32,000 nucleotides of DNA. Source: Synechocystis sp. PCC 6803 substr. PCC-P. Lineage in GTDB: Bacteria > Cyanobacteriota > Cyanobacteriia > Cyanobacteriales > Microcystaceae. Location of the stretch: positions 450,001-482,000 of the forward strand of contig NC_017039.1 in the NCBI RefSeq assembly GCF_000284455.1, in the 5' to 3' direction. Within the stretch, counting starts at the first letter, position 1. The number at the start of each line of letters is the position of its first letter. The position numbers and the translations under genes were made by a program. Below are positions 19,103-27,769 of this stretch, piece by piece. A model generated the notes under the pieces. The model was not told the origin of the DNA, did not search any database, and saw nothing but the letters and a program-made list of their open reading frames with translations.

Positions 19103-19633
19103 CTAAAAAGGTAGTCGACCTAACATGGCCGTCAACCCTTCCACTTGTTGGTACAATTCCATCAGGCGATCACCGTTGACGTGGAGTTCTGGGGTGGGAT
19201 AATTTTCCAACACTTCGATCAGTCGTACCTGATTGTCTTTTTCTGCAGAGCTGATAATAGCTCCCCGCAGAGCTTCTTTATTGTCCCGCTTAGAAGGGGT
19301 GTGGATTACCTGACCCACCTGATTGAGCACATATTCCCCGGCAAAACTGTTGAGCACCCGGGAGAGGGTAACTGGATCTGCCTGAAACGGTCGATTGAGC
19401 CAACCCCGCAATTCTTCAGGGTTTTTATTGGCCATTTTTAAATAGGCTTTGAGGGAGGGGGACACTTTCCCAGTGCGGCTCAACTCCCCTAACTCCTCAA
19501 TGGAGATGGATTCTCGCAAAACACTATAGGTCAGCACCACCCGTTCCGCTGCAGCCAGGGGAAGAGTTCCAGCACCAGCCAACAGGCTAGCAAACATTAA
19601 ACTTAAACAAAAGTGAGGAAAACGCACATTCAT
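19103..19633 (-). CDS. DUF1400-type secreted protein (alpha/beta-hydrolase N-terminal domain family, without a hydrolase domain)
   Basis: Signal peptide MNVRFPHFCLSLMFASLLAGAGTLPLAAAERVVLTY; 'SISIEELGELSRTGKVSPSLKAYLK'. Confidence 0.7.
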   Translation of the reverse strand: MNVRFPHFCLSLMFASLLAGAGTLPLAAAERVVLTYSVLRESISIEELGELSRTGKVSPSLKAYLKMANKNPEELRGWLNRPFQADPVTLSRVLNSFAGEYVLNQVGQVIHTPSKRDNKEALRGAIISSAEKDNQVRLIEVLENYPTPELHVNGDRLMELYQQVEGLTAMLGRLPF

Positions 19634-19720
19634 AACCACTAAATCCACATATCGACAAAAAATCTTCTCTCTATACTAGAAGAATAATTTTTAATGATTG
19701 TCGCCTCCGAGGGCAGTGGA

Positions 19721-21016
19721 ATGAGTGTCGCCTTTAATCCCCAAATTATGACCGCTGTGGAGCAGTTGGACTATGTAGTCACGGTGGGGGACGTGGCCAG
19801 CCAGGCTGGATTAGAAATTAACCAAACCCAACAGGGGTTGCTGACTTTGGCGTCGGAGGTGGAGGGCCATCTCCAGGTGGCGGAGTCGGGGGAAATTGTG
19901 TTTGCTTTTCCCAAGCAGTTCCGGACAATTCTCCGCAATAAGTATTGGCGTTTACGGTTCCAGAGTTGGCTCCAAAGCATTTGGCAGGTGTTGTTTTACC
20001 TGATCCGCATTTCCTTTGGCATTATCCTTATCCTTTCTATCCTGTTGATGTTAGTGGCCATCATTGCCATTATCATCGCGGTCAATTCCAAGTCCGATAA
20101 CGATAACGATGGGGGTTTTAAATTTTCCGGTGACGGTAACCGTGGTGGGGGTGGGGGAATATTTTTCTGGCCGGGGGACATTTTCTGGCTCCTTAGCCCC
20201 GATGGTGGCCGGCAAAAACGGGATAAGAAAAGGTCTGATAAAAATAAAAACGAGCTTAATTTCCTCGAAGCCATTTTCTCGTTTCTATTTGGAGACGGTA
20301 ACCCCAATGAGGATTTGGAAGAAAAACGCTGGCAAACCCTGGGTAGTTTAATTCGCCATAACGGTGGGGCGATCGCCGCTGAACAGGCGGCCCCCTATTT
20401 GGATAATGTGACCAAATTCAATCGGGACAATGAGGACTACATAATTCCTGTGCTAGCCCGCTTTAATGGTTATCCCCAAGTTTCCCCCAGCGGCGAATTA
20501 ATTTACACTTTCCCCAACCTACAAGTCAGTGCCCAGGAGCGCCAATCAACCACTTTGAGTGCTTACCTGCGGGAAAAACCCTGGAAATTTAGCCAAGCTT
20601 CCTCCGGCCAAAAAATAGCGGCGATCGCCTTGGGGGGAGTTAACCTAATTTTGGCCTTAAGTTTGGGGGTAATGCTGAAAACCTACGGCGCTGAGTTGGA
20701 TTTGGGGACACTGGTTTATTTCGTCCAGAGCATTTACGGCGTTCTGGTGACCTATGCAATCGGTTTCTTGGCTATTCCCCTAGTGAGATATTTCTGGCTG
20801 CAAGAACGCAATCAAAAACTAGAACAACGCAACGGCGATCGGCAACAGCGGGCCAAACTTCTGCAACCGCCCTCCCCTCCCCTCAAAGCTAAACTAGAAT
20901 TTGCCCAGGAGTGGGCCACTAGCACCGTCATTACTCCGGCGGACATCACCTACCGCACCGACCAAGACTCCCTGGAGCAGGAGTTTAAACGCTTTACCCC
21001 AACCCAGGGGGACTAA
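19721..21016 (+). CDS. Conserved cyanobacterial membrane protein of unknown function
   Basis: 440-aa ORF from 19694; likely start MSVAFNPQ at 19721. Several TM segments, acidic/glycine-rich linker. Two similar segments: 'LEINQTQQGLLTLASEVEGHLQVAESGEIVFAFP' and 'YLDNVTKFNRDNEDYIIPVLARFNGYPQVSPSGELIYTFP'. Confidence 0.65.
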   Translation: MSVAFNPQIMTAVEQLDYVVTVGDVASQAGLEINQTQQGLLTLASEVEGHLQVAESGEIVFAFPKQFRTILRNKYWRLRFQSWLQSIWQVLFYLIRISFGIILILSILLMLVAIIAIIIAVNSKSDNDNDGGFKFSGDGNRGGGGGIFFWPGDIFWLLSPDGGRQKRDKKRSDKNKNELNFLEAIFSFLFGDGNPNEDLEEKRWQTLGSLIRHNGGAIAAEQAAPYLDNVTKFNRDNEDYIIPVLARFNGYPQVSPSGELIYTFPNLQVSAQERQSTTLSAYLREKPWKFSQASSGQKIAAIALGGVNLILALSLGVMLKTYGAELDLGTLVYFVQSIYGVLVTYAIGFLAIPLVRYFWLQERNQKLEQRNGDRQQRAKLLQPPSPPLKAKLEFAQEWATSTVITPADITYRTDQDSLEQEFKRFTPTQGD

Positions 21017-21181
21017 CAGTTGACCAACAGTTACAAAGCCTCTATCCTTAGCATTTTTTCGCTACAGTGGCCAATTGTTTCTGAGAAGCGTTAACATAAG
21101 TTAACAACTGTTTATTATCCACTCCATCCATTGCTAACCGGTGGAATATGATAACTACACTCACTATTGGAGAGTTCTAGC

Positions 21182-23032
21182 GTGAGCAAAAATAATAAAA
21201 AATGGCGTAACGCGGGCCTATATGCCTTGTTGTTAATTGTCGTTTTAGCGTTGGCATCGGCCTTTTTCGACCGACCGACCCAAACTAGGGAAACCCTCAG
21301 CTACAGCGATTTTGTCAATCGGGTAGAAGCCAATCAGATCGAACGGGTCAACCTCAGTGCCGACCGCACCCAAGCCCAAGTACCCAATCCCAGCGGTGGT
21401 CCTCCCTACTTAGTCAATCTGCCCAACGACCCCGACTTGATCAATATTCTCACCCAACACAACGTGGATATTGCTGTCCAACCCCAGAGCGACGAAGGTT
21501 TCTGGTTCCGCATCGCCAGCACCCTATTTTTGCCCATCTTGCTCTTGGTGGGAATTTTTTTCCTCTTCCGTCGGGCCCAGAGTGGCCCTGGTTCCCAAGC
21601 CATGAACTTTGGTAAATCCAAAGCACGGGTGCAAATGGAACCCCAAACCCAAGTTACCTTCGGGGACGTGGCCGGTATTGAGCAAGCCAAACTAGAACTC
21701 ACCGAAGTGGTGGACTTCCTGAAAAATGCAGACCGCTTCACCGAATTGGGAGCCAAAATTCCCAAGGGTGTTTTGTTGGTAGGCCCCCCCGGAACCGGTA
21801 AAACCCTGTTGGCCAAAGCCGTGGCTGGGGAAGCGGGTGTACCGTTCTTTTCCATCTCCGGTTCGGAATTTGTGGAAATGTTTGTCGGTGTTGGTGCTTC
21901 TCGGGTACGGGATTTGTTTGAGCAGGCTAAAGCCAATGCTCCCTGTATCGTCTTCATCGATGAAATTGATGCCGTTGGTCGTCAACGGGGCGCTGGCCTT
22001 GGTGGTGGTAATGATGAGCGGGAACAGACCCTCAACCAGTTGCTAACGGAAATGGACGGTTTTGAAGGCAACACCGGCATTATTATCGTCGCCGCCACTA
22101 ACCGTCCCGATGTATTGGATTCTGCCTTGATGCGTCCCGGTCGTTTCGATCGCCAAGTGGTAGTAGACCGTCCTGATTATGCTGGCCGTCGAGAAATCCT
22201 CAATGTCCATGCCCGGGGTAAAACCCTTTCCCAGGATGTGGATTTGGATAAAATTGCCCGTCGTACCCCTGGATTTACCGGTGCTGACCTGTCCAACCTG
22301 TTGAACGAAGCCGCTATTTTGGCTGCCCGTCGCAACTTGACCGAAATTTCCATGGACGAAGTCAACGACGCCATTGACCGGGTGTTGGCTGGTCCTGAGA
22401 AGAAAAATCGGGTGATGAGCGAAAAACGCAAAACCCTAGTGGCTTACCATGAAGCTGGCCACGCCTTGGTGGGTGCTTTGATGCCTGATTATGATCCAGT
22501 ACAAAAAATTAGCATTATTCCCCGCGGCCGGGCCGGTGGTTTAACCTGGTTCACCCCCAGTGAAGACCGTATGGAATCCGGTTTATACTCCCGTTCCTAT
22601 CTGCAAAATCAGATGGCCGTTGCCCTGGGAGGCCGTATTGCTGAGGAAATTATTTTCGGCGAAGAGGAAGTCACCACCGGTGCTTCCAACGACCTCCAAC
22701 AGGTAGCCCGGGTCGCCCGCCAAATGGTAACCCGTTTCGGCATGAGCGATCGCCTGGGCCCGGTAGCTTTGGGTCGTCAGGGTGGTGGGGTATTCCTTGG
22801 TCGGGACATTGCCTCTGACCGGGACTTTTCCGATGAAACCGCTGCGGCGATCGATGAGGAAGTAAGTCAATTGGTAGACCAAGCCTATCAACGGGCCAAA
22901 CAGGTCTTGGTGGAAAACCGTGGCATTTTAGATCAACTGGCAGAAATCTTGGTAGAAAAGGAAACTGTTGATTCTGAAGAGCTGCAAACTCTCCTGGCTA
23001 ACAACAATGCCAAATTGGCACTTCTAGTTTAA
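21182..23032 (+). CDS. ftsH: ATP-dependent zinc metalloprotease FtsH (FtsH3-like)
   Basis: Walker A '[23 protein letters not shown]', SRH, 'HEAGHAL' (HExxH) zinc site; GTG start at 21182 gives MSKNNKKW..., 616 aa. Confidence 0.96.
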   Translation: MSKNNKKWRNAGLYALLLIVVLALASAFFDRPTQTRETLSYSDFVNRVEANQIERVNLSADRTQAQVPNPSGGPPYLVNLPNDPDLINILTQHNVDIAVQPQSDEGFWFRIASTLFLPILLLVGIFFLFRRAQSGPGSQAMNFGKSKARVQMEPQTQVTFGDVAGIEQAKLELTEVVDFLKNADRFTELGAKIPKGVLLVGPPGTGKTLLAKAVAGEAGVPFFSISGSEFVEMFVGVGASRVRDLFEQAKANAPCIVFIDEIDAVGRQRGAGLGGGNDEREQTLNQLLTEMDGFEGNTGIIIVAATNRPDVLDSALMRPGRFDRQVVVDRPDYAGRREILNVHARGKTLSQDVDLDKIARRTPGFTGADLSNLLNEAAILAARRNLTEISMDEVNDAIDRVLAGPEKKNRVMSEKRKTLVAYHEAGHALVGALMPDYDPVQKISIIPRGRAGGLTWFTPSEDRMESGLYSRSYLQNQMAVALGGRIAEEIIFGEEEVTTGASNDLQQVARVARQMVTRFGMSDRLGPVALGRQGGGVFLGRDIASDRDFSDETAAAIDEEVSQLVDQAYQRAKQVLVENRGILDQLAEILVEKETVDSEELQTLLANNNAKLALLV

Positions 23033-23080
23033 GAATCCAAGCATTGGAATTCCTAGAGTTAAAACTCTGATCAAAACATT

Positions 23081-23114
23081 ATCCCCTTCCTGATTTACAG
23101 GGGGGGATTTTTTT
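23081..23114 (+). terminator. Probable Rho-independent terminator of ftsH
   Basis: ATCCCC...GGGGAT stem followed by a T-run, about 50 nt after the ftsH stop. Confidence 0.6.
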
Positions 23115-23126
23115 GTGGGCCATTAA

Positions 23127-23855
23127 GAGCGTGTTTGAAAAGTCGGCATAATTGGGAAAAATGGTGAAGAATACAGAATTTTCACCGTAATGATGCTGAG
23201 AGAATTTTACAGCAGCGACATCAGTGATAGCCAGTAGCAATTGGTAGAATCCAATCTCCCCCAAGCAAAAAGTGGGGGAAGAAAACGGAAAACTAATCTG
23301 AGGGAAGTGCTTAATGCCATTTTTTACATGCTCAGAGCGGGTTGTGCTTGACGACTTCTGCCCCATGATTTTCCCAAATGGCGAAGAATGGTTATTTCCG
23401 ACAGTGGTAGGAAGACGGTACCTGGAAAAAATTGAATCACATCCTCAGAAAGAAGATTCGACTTAAGGTCGGAAGAAATGCCAACCCTAGTGCTGGTTGT
23501 TTGGACTCACAGTCAGTGAAAAAGGCTGGCGCTGGACAAGAAAGTGGTTATGACGGTGGAAAAAAGGTCAATGGTCGTAAACGCACAATCCTCGTGGATA
23601 CCATGGGATTACTTCTCGATGTTGTGGTTCACAGCGCTCATCGCTCAGGCCACCAAGGTCTTACTCTACTCGGTACTTGGTTTGCTCCTCTATGGCAGTG
23701 CCTGCAATTGATATGGACTGACAGCACTTTTGGCAGTAAGAATTTTACTGCCTGGGTTAATTAATGAGACCTTTGGCTAGAATTTGGAAATCGTCAGCAA
23801 AAAGGATGGACAAAAGGGTTTTGAGGCTTTGCCTCGAACTTTTCAAACATATTCT
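23127..23855 (+). mobile_element. Decayed IS5-family-like insertion sequence
   Basis: Left GAGCGTGTTTGAAAAGT; right end reverse complement AGAATATGTTTGAAAAGTT; transposase remnant inside. Confidence 0.7.
23432..23764 (+). pseudogene. IS5-family transposase fragment
   Basis: 'LDSQSVKKAGAGQESGYDGGKKVNGRKRTILVDTMGLLLDVVVHSAHRSGHQG..' (DDE transposase). N-terminal 'RLLPHDFPKW' and 'DGTWKKLNHILRKK' and downstream 'LEIVSKKDGQKGFEALPR' lie in other frames or beyond stops. Confidence 0.85.
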
Positions 23856-23903
23856 TAGTGCGCCAGTTAGTTGAAAGCAGCAAATCAAATTTTACCGAAT
23901 AGT

Positions 23904-24306
23904 TTATTCTGCCCAGTTTTCCAAGAATAAATTGTTAATGCGTGAAAATTCTCGAAGATTATTGGTGACAAGCGTTACTCCCAGACTTAACGCATGGGCT
24001 GCAATCAGCATATCCATAGCCCCAATGACAAGACCTCTACTTTCTAGATTACTTCTAATGTTGCCATAGGCGATCGCCGCTTCCTGAATTAAATTCCACG
24101 ATTTCTAGCGGCATCAAGAATTGCATTAAGGCATCACGATTTTTCGATTGTTGTTGACTTTTACTGACACCATATTCTAATTCCGCCACGGTAATGGATG
24201 AAATACCAATGTCTGATATCTCCAGGGTTTGAAATTTTGCCAAGACTTTAAACGGTTTCTTCTTAATGAGATAAATGCAAATATTCGTATCTAGTAAATA
24301 CTTCAT
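23904..24306 (-). pseudogene. vapC: vapC (PIN-domain toxin), frameshifted
   Basis: MKYLLDTNICIYLIKKKP... runs to about 24080; a different frame continues ...AIAYGNIRSNLESRGLVIGAMDMLIAAHALSLGVTLVTNNLREFSRINNLFLENWAE*. Frame change at GGAAGCGGCGATCGCC. Confidence 0.85.
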
Positions 24307-24534
24307 TTAGAACTCTTCTCGTATATCTAAGGGAGGCTGTTCCCTAGTTTTCATAAAATCATCTGAAAATTGATCTAAGCTTTCAATTAAGGATTGCCAA
24401 GGGTTATTTTTAGCAATCAAAATAATTGTACTTCCAATTTTTTTAATGTAAACTTCGCTTCCGGCTATCGTAAAGTTTTCTGGTAAAATAACGATTTGAT
24501 GGGTGCCATCGGTGCTAATTTGAGCTGTGTTCAT
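24307..24534 (-). CDS. vapB: VapB-like (AbrB-fold) antitoxin
   Basis: MNTAQISTDGTHQIVILPENFTIAGSEVYIKKIGSTIILI...; stop immediately precedes vapC ATG. The ORF's upstream extension to 24606 is probably not coding. Confidence 0.75.
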   Translation of the reverse strand: MNTAQISTDGTHQIVILPENFTIAGSEVYIKKIGSTIILIAKNNPWQSLIESLDQFSDDFMKTREQPPLDIREEF

Positions 24535-24612
24535 GACGTTGCCTCTAGGATAAGTAAGGGGGAAGAGTTGGCGATCGCCGAAAGATCGACTTTTCTTTTT
24601 TGACAAGTTAAA

Positions 24613-24894
24613 TTAATAGACTTCATCATGGGAACCTAAATTAAGTAATAAAATTGCCTCTTCCTTGTCTTCTGGGTTGTTTACAAATTCAAATAGCAGA
24701 CGATAATTATAGTCGATAGAGCATGACCAAACGTTAGCTAGTTCTCCTTTGAGTTTATGGGTGCGTAGGCTAGGGTGAAAAGGATCTGTTGCCAACTGAT
24801 GTAATATTTGTTCAATCATCGGTCTCAGATTAGGATTTTTGGGAATCAGGCGCTTGAATGAACGTAATGATTTTGGAGACCAGGCAATTTTCAT
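24613..24894 (-). CDS. RelE/YafQ-family mRNA-interferase-type toxin
   Basis: 93 aa; 'HPSLRTHKLKGELANVWSCSIDYNYRLLFEF' and 'AILLLNLGSHDEVY'. Confidence 0.85.
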   Translation of the reverse strand: MKIAWSPKSLRSFKRLIPKNPNLRPMIEQILHQLATDPFHPSLRTHKLKGELANVWSCSIDYNYRLLFEFVNNPEDKEEAILLLNLGSHDEVY

Positions 24895-25109
24895 TCTTGA
24901 TCGAGCGCTTCCAAAAATTGATTTACTGAACCAAACTGAACATCACCGTTAGCAAATTCTTGGCGAATTTCTTTGATTTCCTCGGCTAATTTTTTTCTTC
25001 TTTTTTCTTGCAATCGTTTTTGAATAATATCAAGTAAGATTTCTTGATCATCTAGGGGTAGATTTTCAACGGATTCAATGGCTTTTTGAAATTCTGATGT
25101 TTTTAGCAT
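24891..25109 (-). CDS. Cognate small antitoxin-like protein
   Basis: 72 aa, overlaps the toxin start by 4 nt; Lys/Glu-rich helical sequence. Confidence 0.7.
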   Translation of the reverse strand: MLKTSEFQKAIESVENLPLDDQEILLDIIQKRLQEKRRKKLAEEIKEIRQEFANGDVQFGSVNQFLEALDQE

Positions 25110-25211
25110 TGTAGTTTGACGGAATTTATTTAAGGTTTTAACTACGTGAAAGAGGATTGGCGATCGCCAAAAAATCAGCTATGGGGCACTCCGGTTAGTT
25201 GGAAAGAGTAT

Positions 25212-25547
25212 TTACATGTTTTCTAACAGAGAGTCGAATAGATAGGCTAATTCTGGTAGTTTGTTCTCAATTACATCCCAGATTATATCCAGATCAAGTT
25301 GATCATATTCGTGAACAATAACATCTCGCATTCCTGCCATTTCCCGCCAAGGTATTGCTGGATGTTGACTGCGGAAGTCTGGAGAAATTCGCTTTGTTGC
25401 TTCGCCAATAATCGTAATTTGATAGAGAATGGCTGATAATTTCTCATCGTTAATTTCTAGTTGTACTTTATCAATTTCATTCGTATAGCGCAAAATGCGT
25501 CTAATGGCATTGGCAATATCAATAAGGGATTCTTGATTACGTTGCAT
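25212..25547 (-). CDS. hepT: HepT-like HEPN-domain (DUF86) toxin
   Basis: RX4HXY motif RDVIVHEY; 'IIGEATKRISPDFRSQHPAIPWREMAGMRDVIVHEY'. Confidence 0.9.
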   Translation of the reverse strand: MQRNQESLIDIANAIRRILRYTNEIDKVQLEINDEKLSAILYQITIIGEATKRISPDFRSQHPAIPWREMAGMRDVIVHEYDQLDLDIIWDVIENKLPELAYLFDSLLENM

Positions 25548-25845
25548 AGATAATTTGGGCAGATTCTAAAATGTTTTTACGTCTGAGCCAGTTTTCACTC
25601 CGATTGATTGCACTTTTGACAATTAAATCGACAGGACGTTGAAATATTTCTTGCAGTTCATCTCGCATCTGTATGGTTTCTGTTAAACCACGTTTTGCAG
25701 TAGGCGCAAATTCAATGAGTATGTCAATGTCGCTGTCTGAATGAAAGTTTGGACGTAGGATGGAACCAAATAAAGCAAATTCTTTGACCTGCCATTTGTG
25801 ACAAAATTGACGAATTTGCTCCATCGGTAAATTTGTTGTTTCCAT
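25537..25845 (-). CDS. mntA: MntA-like minimal nucleotidyltransferase antitoxin
   Basis: GSX9DXD motif 'FGSILRPNFHSDSDIDILIEF'; 11-nt overlap with hepT. Confidence 0.9.
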   Translation of the reverse strand: METTNLPMEQIRQFCHKWQVKEFALFGSILRPNFHSDSDIDILIEFAPTAKRGLTETIQMRDELQEIFQRPVDLIVKSAINRSENWLRRKNILESAQIIYAT

Positions 25846-25974
25846 AATCCTGACGATTTCTGTTTGAGCTATTTAAGTTTGTTTGTGTGTTTCAATGGAT
25901 CTCGAAGGAAAGGAAAATTGTATAAGCTTTTCCTATTTAGCTAGAGTGACAATCAAAGAGCATTTTTTAATTTT

Positions 25975-27501
25975 CTATCTTTTGAAAATGGCGAATCGCT
26001 CGGCTAGTGTTTTATCTCGGCAAGCTCTCGGTTTAGTAAATAGCTTAAAATCTGTATCTTTAAATAATTCCTGCTTACTTGTCACAATAGATTTGTAAAA
26101 TACATTTTCTTTGATTTTTTCGTTCTTAATAATACTGTCAAAATCTTCATTTTGAAAGCCAAGAGATATATAACGACAGAAAAATACCAACCAAACGATC
26201 TCAAAAACGGATGACATTTTCGATGCTCTGTCTAATTCATCCTTAATTGTTTCCCTAAGAAAATCCTTAAGTCCTTGATCATTTCTTTTATTTTCAATAT
26301 ATAAACGCTCAATAACTGATAAAACATGACATAGGATTTTTGTTGATTCTCGTTTTAGTAAAAACAAAAGAGAAATTGTCTTTCTGATTTCTTTTCCACG
26401 ATTTTGACTTGAATAACTAACCTTTAAATTATGTCTTTTGTCAAATAACTCTGCAATAAATTTTTCAATAATGCTAGTACCAGGGTGCTTTCGATGAATA
26501 TCTAATGCAATTAGCAAGGTATGTTCAAATTTTCTAAAAGAAATATATTTCTTTCTTCGCAATACATGAGGAAAATATGCTCGATTATGTTCTCGATAAA
26601 GCCCATCGGGAAGATTGAGAAACGATGTTTTACTTTCGTTCAATGAGAGATTATATTGAGAGAGTTGATGGGAAAGAATGTCAAGCAATTTTTTTGCATT
26701 TTCTTTCGAATTACATAATATTCTGTAATCATCTTTAAAGCGGACAGCTGCATATTCAATATGCTTGGATTCTTGGGAAAACTTACGATCAATATCTGCT
26801 AAGATAGTCTCAGCAATTAGATCAGAGAGTGCCGAACCGATGGGAATACCATTTGTTCGTCCATCATTTGAATATTGAAATAATCTATCAATTTTATTTC
26901 CAAAAAGTCTAAATTCTTTATCTTCAAGTGCTTCTTCTCTTCCATGAATGGCCCATCCAATACCATGAGTATAGATTGACGGATAGAAATTTGTAATATC
27001 GGTTTTGGCTAAAATATTAAATTTTTGACCATCTAGTATAAGGTCTTCCTCTGCCATTTCAAGCCATTCATAAATCATTCTACCTGCACGAAGAGGGCTT
27101 AAGTCTTCAAAATCTTTTTTTGAAACTGGAATAGGAAAACTGTAGGCGGCAACCTTATTTTCTGAGTGGAAAATATGGCTTAATATATTATCCCAGTTTT
27201 GATGTAAATAAAAAATAATGTCGTGATAATTCCAAGGATGCTGAACACTAAAATTTCTGTATGTTAAAGTACTTTTGGGAAATGAAACAAAAGCCACTTG
27301 ACGCTTTTTTAAATCATTAATGTTGATATTGTATGGAGTGTCTTGAAGTTTAATCTCTTTTGATACAGTAAAACTCGGTGGCAGGATATTTTCTTCGGGG
27401 AAATAACCAACATTCAGCAACCATTTTGCTATTTTATCCTTATTTACTTTCCGCACAAGAGATTCTGTTTCTCGGAAATGCTCATAGGTTGCAAACTTCA
27501 T
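25975..27501 (-). CDS. Stand-alone reverse transcriptase of the Abi/UG (defence-associated RT) type
   Basis: 508 aa; RT motif A 'AKTDITNFYPSIYTHGIGWAIHG', motif B 'GIPIGSALSDLIAETILADID', motif C 'AAVRFKDDYRIL', then 'SLNESKTSFLNLP'; long C-terminal helical region; no maturase or endonuclease domain apparent. Confidence 0.88.
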   Translation of the reverse strand: MKFATYEHFRETESLVRKVNKDKIAKWLLNVGYFPEENILPPSFTVSKEIKLQDTPYNININDLKKRQVAFVSFPKSTLTYRNFSVQHPWNYHDIIFYLHQNWDNILSHIFHSENKVAAYSFPIPVSKKDFEDLSPLRAGRMIYEWLEMAEEDLILDGQKFNILAKTDITNFYPSIYTHGIGWAIHGREEALEDKEFRLFGNKIDRLFQYSNDGRTNGIPIGSALSDLIAETILADIDRKFSQESKHIEYAAVRFKDDYRILCNSKENAKKLLDILSHQLSQYNLSLNESKTSFLNLPDGLYREHNRAYFPHVLRRKKYISFRKFEHTLLIALDIHRKHPGTSIIEKFIAELFDKRHNLKVSYSSQNRGKEIRKTISLLFLLKRESTKILCHVLSVIERLYIENKRNDQGLKDFLRETIKDELDRASKMSSVFEIVWLVFFCRYISLGFQNEDFDSIIKNEKIKENVFYKSIVTSKQELFKDTDFKLFTKPRACRDKTLAERFAIFKR

Positions 27502-27546
27502 TAGCTATTATAAGTAATGACTTAAATATAGATTTTATCGCTGATT

Positions 27547-27632
27547 CGATTAGGGATGAGATACTCCTAAGTTCTGGAATCTTTATTTCTTAAGCTTCGT
27601 GTATCCTAAGAGTGTCCCATATCCATCCTAAT
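27547..27632 (-). repeat. Imperfect inverted repeat upstream of the RT gene (candidate structured RNA)
   Basis: Minus strand ATTAGGATGGATATGGGACACTCTTAG ... CTTAGGAGTATCTCATCCCTAAT; arms pair with small bulges. Confidence 0.4.
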
Positions 27633-27722
27633 TTGCTATAAACATATTTTCAACCCTTGTTCATTAAGTCGGCAAAAGATAATCTGTCCCCCTATTCTAC
27701 TGAAAAAGTGATTTTTTGACGT

Positions 27723-27750
27723 TGGGCTAGACTTCAGCCAGTTTAGCCCA
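27723..27750 (-). repeat. Short perfect inverted repeat after gltB (possible terminator stem)
   Basis: TGGGCTA-N14-TAGCCCA, about 20 nt past the gltB stop on the minus strand; no T-run immediately after. Confidence 0.35.
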
Positions 27751-27769
27751 GTTCCATCATAAATTTATC

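Noticed and set aside
21692-22431. ORFs antisense or out of frame within ftsH
   Set aside because: Fully inside a strongly conserved CDS, no independent support.
24535-24606. N-terminal extension of the VapB ORF (MSKKKSRSFGDRQLFPLTYPRGNV)
   Set aside because: Contains the intermodule sequence with a HIP1 site; the antitoxin fold begins at the internal MNTAQISTDG.
25975-27501. RT considered as a group II intron-encoded protein or retron RT
   Set aside because: No maturase (X/thumb) or HNH domain, no domain V-like GAGC...GTTC hairpin noticed, motif C is FKDD rather than YADD, and the protein is long with an Abi-like helical C-terminus. A retron-like msr-msd was not evident but is not fully excluded.
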